Shown: positions 47,226 to 57,654 of the stretch, piece after piece
Layout: every line of letters begins with the position of its first letter
Position numbering within the stretch: position 1 is the stretch's first letter
Source: Nemertoderma westbladi
Lineage: Eukaryota > Animalia > Xenacoelomorpha
Reading direction: 5' to 3'
Length of the DNA: 58,823 nucleotides
Assembly (NCBI GenBank): GCA_032718475.1
Contig: JAUCBJ010001162.1
Location: forward strand, 1 to 58,823
Notes under the pieces: model-generated
What the model was told of the DNA's origin: nothing
Databases searched by the model: none
What the model saw: only the letters and a program-made list of their open reading frames with translations
Position numbers and translations under genes: made by a program

Positions 47226-48476
47226 TGTAAAAGCCTTTGCTGAATTGCCCCGTTATTTTTATTATCTTTTACATTAAAATACTCTGTAGTTGATTTAATA
47301 AGTGTAAGAGACCGTATTATTGCTGTATCGGTGTTTTTAGAGGATCTAAGACCTATTTCCTCCGTATGTGTACTGTGAAAGGCATATTTTATGATTCTAT
47401 GGCAATTCGTGACGCAAAGGGGTGATAGCTACTCTTGAACAGTAGTTACTATGACTACGGTTAACAGCTGACATTCATACGTGTTGATTTCCTTTGTTCT
47501 ACGGCGTCTCTCAGTTCAGTCAGCCAATTAGAGCGTTTTTGTGGCTCCTTGTACAGAAAATTTCCGAGAAATGACGCAATGCCTATGTGCAGTGTTTACA
47601 TTCAGTCCTGAGCCTAAGAAAGAACGGCTTGGAAGTATTTTGTGCTTTACTGTTTTTAGTCTTACACTAGTAGGTTTAATTATAAAGGGCATATATCCTT
47701 TAACATACCTAACGACTACCTGACTCATGGAATCACTGCTGACTGATCATACATGCTGACTGCTGAAACATTGCAAACTCATAGCAATCAGTGTTCAGTT
47801 GTTGTTTTATACTGCTATTTACCGTCAGTTCTTCATAATATGGTTGATGAATTATTATATTTGGAATAACGATAAACAACCCCGAAACCCAATATTCTTG
47901 ATATACCGAAGGTAAGAGAGAAGGGTTACAGATAAACGATTGTGACTTATGTTAAAGTGGTTTGAAGTGAATCTAATGTTATTTGAAAGACCCTACATGA
48001 GTCAGTCTGTGTTCCTTTTATATGTGACTAAAATCAGTGAAGATTGGCAGATTAGTGTGCAGTATTGTGCAGCATTGTGTATGAGTGAGTCTGTTAAAGA
48101 AGCAATTCCTAAAGAATGCGCCATAAATGTGAATTATAATTAAGCCATATCGTTGTGAGTAGTTTAAGTCATAACTCTGTTTATATAGATAAAGCGCCAC
48201 GTCCTAAAGGAACTGTTAATATTACCGAAGGTGAATAATATTGTCAGAGATTATATAATACTGTCAGTCGAATAATACATTAGGCTTACATAGCAATAAA
48301 AATTAAACCGTCGAACCCAATCTCCCGGGAATATCCAGCGGGTGAATGGTCGCGCACGGATTGGTTTCGACTAGTGTAGTGAATCAAATACTTATCATAG
48401 ACTAAAAGCAGATTTAATATCTAGAAGACATCTTAATTTGGTGGGTTAAACTGCCAAAGGTCTGAAAGCGCGAACA
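47226..48476 (+). repeat. 3' LTR
   Basis: Same length as, and near-identical to, 36499-37749. Followed by the TSD GATGT. Confidence 0.97.
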
Positions 48477-48779
48477 GATGTTCAACCAACGTTTGTGTTC
48501 TTTGCATGATCTGCATGACACAGTGCTTTGTTGTTGCAGGTACAGTACTAATGTGTTTGCCAGCAGCTGTTTACCGCTTCCCACCCCTGCAATTTTTTGA
48601 CTGCGTTTGATATTGTTTCTCTTTTTTTTAAATAACTTTTAATTTATATTATTAACATACAACTTTTACACACCACCAACACTGTCAATAAAAACTAAAA
48701 AGGCAAAAAGGTAAATTTTAAATATTGTGTTTTACTTTGGCTTGCCAGTTTGTGTAGCAATGTACAGCTGATGTACCAC

Positions 48780-49020
48780 TGAACCTGGGGGGGTATGGGT
48801 GTGTGGGCAGTCCAGCGCCATCCTCCAGCCCCAGACCGCGCCCCTCGGACCTTGGTCCGTGACCCTCGCAGGCAGTGCGAGGTTCCCCGAACAACCGCAA
48901 ACAGCACACGGCTGCGAACCCAGCCCATTACTGTGGAATAGGCCTTGCCCAACGAGTGGTGTAACCTGTCCGCGACTACCGGATAAATATGTTTGCCTGT
49001 GGGGCTAAAACGCCATCTAC
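48780..49020 (-). mobile_element. 3' fragment of a CRE-like (restriction-like endonuclease) non-LTR retrotransposon
   Basis: DGVLAPQANIFIR/VADRLHHSLGKAYSTVMGWVRSRVLFAVVRGTSHCLRGSR resembles the C-terminal YSxxMGWxRxRxxFAxxRxxxxCLRGSR motif of such elements. One frameshift. Confidence 0.6.
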
Positions 49021-49997
49021 TTTTATCAATATGGTTTATAAGTAATATCTACTTATAGTTTTGTGAATATCATTAGGTAAATACGAAATACCACAAGTTT
49101 ACCGGCAATCATGTCCGGTAATTACGTAAACACCTCTGGCAATGACCTATGTTAGAGGTATTTACCATGTGATTGCCTTTCGTGAATACGGCTACAGGAG
49201 ACTAACAAATCGAAGATTTTTAGATCTTTTTTAGATCTTTAGATCTCCTACGGTGGCTGTGGCCACTTTATTATAAAAAAAATAGTTCCACTTTAAAGCT
49301 ACAAGCTCACCGTCGTATAGACGCAAGTTGCAGAGGCTGTTTGAAAGGAACCAAAACAATAAACGAAAGTTAGGAATATTGTAGAAAACCCACATTCAGC
49401 CACCGTAGAAACCTCATCGAGGATTAGTTCACATTTCCAATGAATGGTAACTAAGAAACAACACCATCGAAAATTAATTGGTGTTTTACGATCTCAATAA
49501 TGAATTTATTTGTTGTTATAGCGATGAGATAAAGCGGTAGGCCTATGCCGTAAGGGTAAGATGCCGTAGCATAGATATTCTAGAATGCATTATTTACTTT
49601 ATCAGTTGGTGGGCAACAACAGCAACAGAATATCTCTATTGCATACCTATTCATACATACACAAAATGTGCCAGTACATTACAGTATGTGTAAATTAATA
49701 GAATAAATGGCCACAGCGAACGATATTACTTGCAATCTTTGAACGCCTTTACCACGACTATTTCTCAACGAAATTCTGATATTGTTACATATTTGGAATC
49801 CTTGTAACGAAAGCTTTCTAATTACAACTAATGTGAAGAATAGCCAGGATACGGAGCGTGTGATTTCGCAAAGGAGACTTTTTTTAAAACGCTTATAAAA
49901 TATTTAAAGGCAAAATCGATAATTCGGGCTTCATGGTAACAACCACGGTGAATTGAACAACAGTAGTTGTGTTTCAAATGTCAAGCAATATGATAAA

Positions 49998-50849
49998 TAA
50001 TAATTAAATGCTTGAGTTAATACAATTATTTTATTCTTTAAATAATCTGTAAGATATCTATCCTATCATCTGTAAGTTTGAGTACCGCGGTCGGGCTACC
50101 GAACTGTTCGTTCGTAGGCTACGTGGTCTAGTACCGAGATCTTGCGCACGGCCAGTGCGGTTTGTTTACACAACTGCCAAACTGCGCCAATCACTGCCAT
50201 CATTGAAACATCCGGTTCCCGATATTCTGGCTTCTAACGTCGTGTATTCATTTGCTTGTCCCTCTTGTACTGTAAGGGGGAATATGTTGGACATACCATC
50301 CAACACTTATTTGAACGCGTTAGACAGCATCAAGACGGGTCGGCCAATGATGGTAGTGAACAAGGCAAGACAGTTCACAACCATATCATGACGCACCGCG
50401 GGGAGCCCAACACACGTTGGTTGACCGACTGGCGAGAGTTGTTCAAACACTTCAGGTTATTGCACGGCACCCTTTGCGTCCTGTCCTGCAAAAACTAGAA
50501 ATGTTTTATATACGCACTCGCCAGCCAGCTATTAACAAGCAGAAACGTGATTGGCGCAAGTTTGAGGTTCTGCTTCCCAGTGGTTAGACGGATACACTTC
50601 TACCTTGTTTCACTTTACCGTCCCGTCTCCCTTGGGAACTTCTATCTATTGTCTCCTTTCTAGCACTAGCTACTTGAGAAAGCCCCCATTGGGGCGAAAC
50701 CTACTGATCAGCTGACAGCCGTCAGCTGATCACTGATTGCATGCAACGTCTAATGGTCAGTTGATTTTTATTTTAGTATTTGTATCGTACTGTACTGGCA
50801 TACCTACCGGTAAGGTTTTTTACTTCAGCTTGACAATTAAAGAATAAAA
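49998..50849 (+). mobile_element. 5'-truncated Penelope-like element (GIY-YIG endonuclease remnant)
   Basis: SNVVYSFACPSC/CKGEYVGHTIQHLFERVRQH matches the VVY...YVG.T...R..H GIY-YIG pattern, with frameshifts. 12-bp TSD CAATATGATAAA at 49986-49997 and 50850-50861. The empty site is visible in the paralogous copy near 31910-31930. Confidence 0.88.
50673..50732 (+). ncRNA. Hammerhead-ribozyme-like core plus a perfect 12-bp hairpin in the Penelope 3' region
   Basis: TTGAGAA-AGCCCCCATTGGGGC-GAAAC (U3-A8 variant core), then TGATCAGCTGAC-AGCC-GTCAGCTGATCA. Confidence 0.45.
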
Positions 50850-52824
50850 CAATATGATAAAGATTGGTAGAAACATTTGGGGGGGGGGGGGGGGGGGTCC
50901 GTGTCATCAGAAAATGACACTACAGTATATTACGGGTAATGTTGTTGGTGTATATGAGAACAATGTGTGAAATTGACTACCGGTACTGCTGCTTGTGCGG
51001 TTATCACATACATTTTAGGAGATTTTATCACAATAATTAGACCGGTGGTATATGAATGTAGATATTAGGATATTATTATTATTGCAGTGAAATAATAAAA
51101 ATACCACAAATTGAAAAATAAAAAAATCATTGAATGATAAATTAACATTATAAATCGGTCACTTCGTTTGATATTATCAAAAACACTAAGTTACACATTA
51201 TAATATCTAAGGTTTGTTCACCATAAGTCATTAAGTCGAGAGTCACGGTGTACCTAGCTGCTAGCTGTCATCTCATCTGCATGTTCCAGCCAACTTTGTT
51301 GTCTCTGCTCTTCCGATGATAATTTCGCCTTCACAGTTCTCATCAGCTCAACAATTGACGGTTTTACTCATTTGACTTTTAGGAATATGTTTTTACTCCA
51401 TTGACATTAAGATTCAGGATTCAGTATTACACCCTATTAAGTCTTTAGTAGCATTTATATGCAATAACTCATTAGCAACCCTTTCCACTCCAGTTTCAGT
51501 GGAAGTTGTGCATCTGCTAGCAGCGTGCGTTATTACACTTATTTATTAGAAATATCTCAATAATATCATCTGCAAAGTTTGTAAAAGAGGTTGAATATAA
51601 TTAAGTGATTTCTTTCTGGCCTGTATTTTCTTCAGACTCTATAAGGATACAACTTAACTGACTGTAAAGCGAGTATAAGAATATGACAACTATTACAAAT
51701 AACCAATAAACTCGCCTTTCTTAGACTGTATTTACAAAGCTAGCAATATTATATTTGATGGGGGCCTACAGGGGCAGGGTATGTCGCTTTGTTTCAAAAT
51801 TTCATTTTACTCAAAGATCGGCAAGATGTAATATAGAAATGAGTTTAGTTTAAAATATTTTTAATGCATGATGTATAATGTAGGAATACACTGCAAAGTG
51901 ATACTTTCCTCAATATGCCAATTACGCATTATTTCCCCCATAGGACCCTAGCCAAATGACGTCAATAGCCAAAGGAAATCGCATCCCACCCAATCCTGCA
52001 ATTCCTGGGCTCGCGCTACTCTAAAATAAAAACCACCCACTCTTCTGGCCTACTGGGACACTGGCTCCCTCCTCTTATTCTTGTTTACATGAATTAAGCC
52101 AATCCTTGAATGGGTGATTTAATTCTTGTGATTCTATTGGACAGCTCCATTCAGCTACACATGACGTGGAATTCTCCCACACATATGCCCTGCTGCTAGC
52201 AGTGAGGCCACGCCCCACCGTAGCCATGGCTACAAAGTGTAGAGTATAAATAATAATTACAATTCTCTCTGCAGAAACTGCCTAGCAACATCCAATAAGA
52301 TTGATCACTATATCACACCACTTTTTGAATAGTTTTGGGCAAGGCGAGGCATGGCATACTAACACGTTGCGTTGAGTAACACAGGCAGTACAAGGCAAGC
52401 CGCGCTGGTTCACGATGGGTGTTTTATTACCGTTACCGGTACCTATCTGCCTAGCTATGTGTATTGTATGTGGACTTTATAGCATCATTAGGCCTATGTA
52501 AGGTAAGATAAATTCGTTAAAGGCTACCGGTAGACAGCACTTTTCGGTTTTGATGTCCCGGGCTGCTCAGCTCCAGGCACATCCGGCTGCACAAACTACT
52601 GACAAACGATCCCAGACCAGAATGTTGTTTAGTACTGTAGTTGTAAAAGTCAATTATATCAAACAAAATTCTGAAATAATTGTAACTTAAAGGTTAATAT
52701 GTTTATTTTAAAATAAGTCGAGTAACATAATCGCATATTAATTATATCGGTAGAGTAGCACAGACACGTACAGACGTATTACAACAATTATCAGCCTGTC
52801 AGCTGATCTGGTTTCGTGTTCATC

Positions 52825-53256
52825 ATGTTTAAAACATTAACATATAAATTGTTATTCTTCCTAACTCTGTTCGCTAACCTACTGTACACAATACGTGCCG
52901 GTAGCTCCAACTCGACCACTGCAGGCAGCAGCTGCCCCAATCAGTTCACCTGCGCCGATGGCCGCTGCATCCCGTTGGCATGGCGATGCGACGGTATATC
53001 GGAGTGCGACGACAGAGACCCCCAGACGGGTCTCGGCTCCGATGAACTCGGTTGCCGGGCGACGGACTGCCACGACGGGTTCCGTTGCGACGACGGCGGC
53101 TGCATCTTGTTGCCATGGAAATGCGACGGGACCGCAGACTGCGAGGATAGTAGCGACGAGGCTGTGAGTCTGTGCGCCGAGGTCACCTGCGCCGCTAATC
53201 AGTTCGCATGCGATGCGCAGCAGTGTGTGACGATATCCTGGGTCTGCGATGGGGAG
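52825..53256 (+). CDS. LR8 receptor exon 1: signal peptide, LA1, LA2, first part of LA3
   Basis: MFKTLTYKLLFFLTLFANLL...CPNQFTCADGRCIPLAWRCDG...SDE. Donor GAG|GTGAGA, phase 0. Confidence 0.9.
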
Positions 53257-56200
53257 GTGAGAACGGGAAATATTCTTTTTTTTCAGTCTCCCGGTAGGGA
53301 ATCAGGCATAATGAAATATAATTATTGAATTTGAATATTTATATTCCTATTTGAATAAATTGTATTTAATTTATTAACTTATTTAGGCCTAACCTATTTA
53401 TCTATTTAACAATTTCTACAGTAAGCCCATTCATATCATACATTCATGAAATTTAAAAGGATTTACATACAACTGTAAAATCTAATGAGGATGCATGCCA
53501 ACTCTATATAGATAAATAGATGGTGGCCCTGGCCAGATCGGGTAGAATGAATGGGTGGGCGGGCGGGTCGGAATTGTCCTAGCTTCATTTTTTTATGTGT
53601 TTTAACATCCATAAGTATTTAATTTAAACTTTGAAAGAACAACTTTTCCATTTGAATTGCTATAGCCGTTTTTTTTAAATTAGGGCCTAATTAATATATA
53701 TAATAAGTGCTACATAATTCTTATTTATTATTAATTACTAGAAGTGCAGGAGGTGCACACTAAAACTGATTCTATAACTGAAAAAAGTGTATTTTTTTGC
53801 ATCAATGTTATGTATATAAATATCCCGCCCCACCCCACCCCACCCCACCCCACCCCACCCCACCCCACCCCACCCCACCCCACCCCACCCCACCCCACCC
53901 CACCCCACCCCACCCCACCCCACCCCACCCCACCCCACCCCACCCCACCCCACCCCACCCCACCCCACCCCACCCCACCCCACCCCACCCCACCCCACCC
54001 CACCCCACCCCACCCCACCCCACCCCACCCCACCCCACCCCACCCCACCCCACCCCACCCCACCCCACCCCACCCCACCCCACCCCACCCCACCCCACCC
54101 CACCCCACCCCACCCCACCCCACCCCACCCCGCCCCACCCCTCCCCACCCCACCCCACCCCACCCCACCCCACCCCACCCCACCACACCCCACGCCCACC
54201 CAGATACACGATTTCGATTTGCGAGATTCAAGTTTTAATCTTTCAGGTCGATTGTAAATCCAAACTGGATGAATCGGAATGCGGTTCCGGACGCGGCTGT
54301 GAATCCGGCCGGTTCCAGTGCGTCTCGGACGGACAATGCGTTACCGAGCTGTGGGTCTGCGACGGGGAGCCGGACTGCGCGGACGGAACGGACGAGGTCG
54401 ACTGTCCGGACCCGGAATGCCGTCCGGACGAATTCCGTTGCGTCTCGGACGGGCGGTGCGTGGTGGCCAGACGTCGTTGCGACGGCGTCCCGCACTGCGA
54501 CGACAGTTCCGACGAACGGGGTTGCGCCGCGGTCGGGAGGCTTTGCCAGGAGGACCAGTTTATGTGCGCGGATATGAGCGACTGCGTGTCGTCGGAGTGG
54601 GTGTGCGACGACGACCCAGACTGCTGGGACCACTCGGACGAATCCAATTGTCCGGGCGCGGCGTCCGGTTGCCGTGGTAACGAGTTAGCGTGCGGCGACG
54701 GTGGCGGCTGCGTTGTGGCGGCGGCGCAGTGCAACGGGACGGCGGAGTGTCCGGACGGGTCGGACGAGCTCGGCTGTCGGTCCCACAGTGTGTGTCCGGA
54801 CAACCGATGGCCCTGTCCGGACGACGCGTCCGGGACGTGTCTGCGGTGGTCCCAGCTGTGCGACGGACGCTCGGACTGTCTCGGATCGCAGGACGAGGAC
54901 GAGTCCTTGTGTAGTCATAGCAACGGGGTCGCGGGTTGTACCGTGGCGCGCGGAGGTTGCCAACAGGTGTGCGAACCGTTAGAACGCGGGTGGAAGTGCG
55001 ACTGCTACACTGGGTACAGGTGAGTACTAGAGATCGGTCTGTCAGATAAATTTGTTTGTTTCCCCTAAATAGTGGCTTTCTCAGGAATCCAACCCTCCCC
55101 GGAACGACTCCAGCCTATTAGTTCACCAGTTATTCATTGATACCCTGATCCATTTGATCGATTGATATCCATAATTCATTGATGTTCATATCCTGGAGTT
55201 ATTGTATTCTGATATAACGAAACAACAACAACGCAAACATCTGTTACACCAACGATACGTTTTTAGATTTGTAATCTAATTTATATATTATTTACTTTAT
55301 TTAATCATTAATATATTTGTAGGTCCGCGTAACGAGACCTCTAGTATTCACCCCGTAGTTGTTGTTGTTGTTAATTTCCACTTGGGTTTTGCTTTTAAAG
55401 CTTCATACGGCGCGGGGTGGATCAGTTGGTAGAGCGTGGGACTTGGAATCTCTAGGTACCGTGTTCAATCCCCACATTCCGATGAATTTTTTTGGTATCA
55501 AGCCATTCAAAGGGACATTTGATGCGTTAGTAGACGCGGACCTTTTCGCGATTTCGTGCTTGGTTCTTGTTTTATTAATTCAATTCAATTCTAATTCAAT
55601 TTTTTATTTATAGAACATTTTCTATCAATAATGTAACTTTTTTGTGGAACTAACAGTAAACATTTTGTTTTCAGTGCGGTAATGTAAGTTCAACGTTCCC
55701 GTTTCTATATAATTTTCGTATCCGACTATTTTCCCAGATTATCAACCGATGGAATATCCTGCGACGATATTAACGAATGTAACGAAACATTCGGCCTTTG
55801 TTCCCACCAGTGTGTAAACAGCCCGGGTTCCTACAAGTGTGTCTGTCTACATGGCTACCAGTTGGACAGCGCCACCCAGCGGTGCAAAGCGGAATCCGGA
55901 GGTCGAGGCAAACTGGTGTTCGCTTCCGGCTCCGATATCCGATTCCTGGATCCCACGCTAGAGGGCGAGTACGTCGCCTTGGCGACGGGGCAGACCGGTG
56001 TGACGTCGTTGGACTACCACTGGCGCGACGGTTTGGTGGTTTGGTCCCTTCCGGGGTCCGTCTGGGTGGCGCCGTTGTACCCCAACGTGGAGGCCGCCAG
56101 TCTGGGTAAACGGGTCGCCGGGGTAACCGGGTCTGTCGTCTGGTTGGCCGTGGACTGGATCTACGGGAGGGTCTACTGGATCGCTCGGGATCCGTGGAGG

Positions 56201-57442
56201 ATCGAGGTGGCATCGTTGGACGGGACGGTTCGATTGGTTGTCGTACCGGGCGGGTTGCGGGGACCCGGCGGGTTGCGGGGACACAGCGGGTTGCAGGGAC
56301 CCAGCGGGTTGCAGGGACCCAGCGGGTTGCAGGGACCCAGCGGGATGCAGGGACCCATCGGGTTACATGAACCCAGCGGGTTAGTGCTCCACCCGTCCCG
56401 CGGTTGGATGTACTGGACCGAGTTGGACGGATCGACCCCGTCCATCCGCGCCGCCGGTATGGACGGCTCCAACCCCCGCATCCTCGTCTCCCACCAACTC
56501 TCCCGCCCTTCCAACCTCGCCCTCGACTTTGCCCTCCAGCGGTTGTTCTGGGTCGACCGTAAACTCCACACGATCAGTTCCGTCGACCTCCTCAGCGGCT
56601 CCGACAGACGCAACTTCTATCCGACACTCGTCCCAATCCGTCCGACTTCCATCGACGTTTTCGAGGATTCCCTGTTCTGGGCCGACAGTCACGACAACTC
56701 AACCCACCGGTGCGACAAGTTCAGCTGCTCACCGGAGAATCACGTTGTTATTAAACAGGTAACTTTAGTAACTAACTAGTACCACCTGCTTTATACGATG
56801 ACAAATGATCTCATTTATTCGGGACAACTTCATATCCACATTGTCGACAGTATGACAATCAGTTAAACATTACAGTTACTGAATCGTAACATAATTTATG
56901 AAATTACTTATATATTGCAGACGACCTCGTCCCCCCTCGGAATTCACGTTGTCCACCAACTCAAACAGCCCCACTCGCCCAACCACTGTCGCTCCGGGGC
57001 CCTCACCTGCTCCCATGTTTGTCTCCCCGCCCCCCAGACCTCCCCCAACCAGTCCACCAAGGTGTCCTGCTTATGTCCCATCGGTATGCGTCTCCTAGAC
57101 GACCGGGCCACCTGCACCCCCGTCGCACCGGACACGGTGGCGCCTCAAGGTAACCATAGCGACGGGGTACCGGTTCTATCCGATAACCATAGTGACGGAT
57201 CTACTGTAATGATCGTATCTGCCGTTGGTTGTTCCGTTGTCGCCGTTATTATCATTGTTGTGTTTATACTTTACGTTTATCGCAAACGGGACACAAATAG
57301 AAGGCGATACAACTTTAGTAACCCGGTTTACAACAAGGAACGCGACGGGTGTAGTATAGACGCCGAGTTCAAACCACCGTGGAAACCCTCGCAGATATCG
57401 GTAGGTTCGTTACAGGCCGAAGTTACGTCTCCCTTTGTGTAA
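52825..57442 (+). CDS. VLDLR: LDL-receptor family protein of the LR8 type (VLDLR/lipophorin-receptor-like), 4 exons, 915 aa
   Basis: join(52825-53256, 54247-55019, 55738-56758, 56921-57442), all introns GT-AG and phase-consistent. Signal peptide, 8 LDL-A repeats, EGF-A, cbEGF-B, YWTD propeller, EGF-C, TM helix and cytoplasmic FSNPVY. The symbol reflects domain architecture; strict orthology is untested. Confidence 0.9.
53826..54200. repeat. (CCCCA)n/(TGGGG)n microsatellite, ~370 bp, in intron 1
   Basis: Near-perfect pentamer array ending about 45 bp before the acceptor. Confidence 0.98.
54247..55019 (+). CDS. LR8 receptor exon 2: end of LA3, LA4-LA8, most of EGF-A
   Basis: TTTCAG|GTC GAT TGT. 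Repeated C...F.C....C.....CDG..DC.D.SDE..C modules. Donor TACAG|GTGAGT, phase 2. Confidence 0.93.
55317..55572 (+). mobile_element. Small HINE-like element containing a tRNA-like segment (55409-55482)
   Basis: Subterminal IR AGGTCCGCGT (55321) / ACGCGGACCT (55534) and a (GTT)n tract. Internal A-box-like TGGATCAGTTGG, loop CTTGGAA and B-box-like GTTCAATCC. Confidence 0.5.
55738..56758 (+). CDS. LR8 receptor exon 3: EGF-B and YWTD beta-propeller
   Basis: TCCCAG|A TTA TCA. DDINECNETFGLCSHQCVNSPGSYKCVC, then LAVDWIYGRVYW, WMYWTE, RLFWVD and SLFWAD. Donor CAG|GTAACT. Confidence 0.93.
56921..57442 (+). CDS. LR8 receptor exon 4: EGF-C, transmembrane helix, NPxY tail
   Basis: TTGCAG|ACG. VVHQLKQP..NHC....CSHVCLPAP...CLCP, hydrophobic VVAVIIIVVFILYVY, YNFSNPVY, stop at 57440-57442. 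Confidence 0.93.
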   Translation, partial: TTSSPLGIHVVHQLKQPHSPNHCRSGALTCSHVCLPAPQTSPNQSTKVSCLCPIGMRLLDDRATCTPVAPDTVAPQGNHSDGVPVLSDNHSDGSTVMIVSAVGCSVVAVIIIVVFILYVYRKRDTNRRRYNFSNPVYNKERDGCSIDAEFKPPWKPSQISVGSLQAEVTSPFV

Positions 57443-57654
57443 CGTAAGCATTACATTCTGTAACCCATCCTATAGGATAGGCATTACATTCTGCTACTTG
57501 AAGCCAATAGATTTTGTCATGAGATTTTCATGTAACATAATTGGCGGAGTTTCATATGGCTGTTAACAATATTGTATTTTGACAAGTTTTATATTTATTA
57601 TAAATATAAGATAATCACTGAATCTCACCAAAAGTGACCAATTAAAAGTGGAAA

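Larger units (their letters stand above)
36499..48476 (+). mobile_element. Complete non-autonomous BEL/Pao-derived LTR retrotransposon (11978 bp)
   Basis: Two 1251-bp LTRs (TGT...ACA), a 5-bp TSD GATGT at 36494-36498 and 48477-48481, PPT-like GGGAGCGG at 47218-47225, and a Pao-type Gag/protease ORF. Confidence 0.95.
49575..50925 (-). mobile_element. Truncated second copy of the 31764-32976 element interior, interrupted by a Penelope insertion
   Basis: 49710-49997 and 50862-50922 are reverse-complement homologues of ~32211-31860, e.g. CTTCATGGTAACAACCACGGTGA and GTCATCAGAAAATGACACTA. Confidence 0.8.

Noticed and set aside
53731-54246. Pro/His- or Gly/Trp-rich ORFs (PHPTP)n and (GWGGV)n, including the N-terminus of ORF 53797-55023
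   Set aside because: These are translations of an intronic pentanucleotide microsatellite. Splicing 53256 to 54247 restores LA3.
55409-55482. Functional tRNA-Pro gene
   Set aside because: The acceptor and T stems pair poorly, and the sequence is embedded in a repeat-like element.
54235-56762. Numerous overlapping alternative-frame and antisense ORFs
   Set aside because: Expected from the high GC content of the receptor exons; only one frame carries LDLR motifs.
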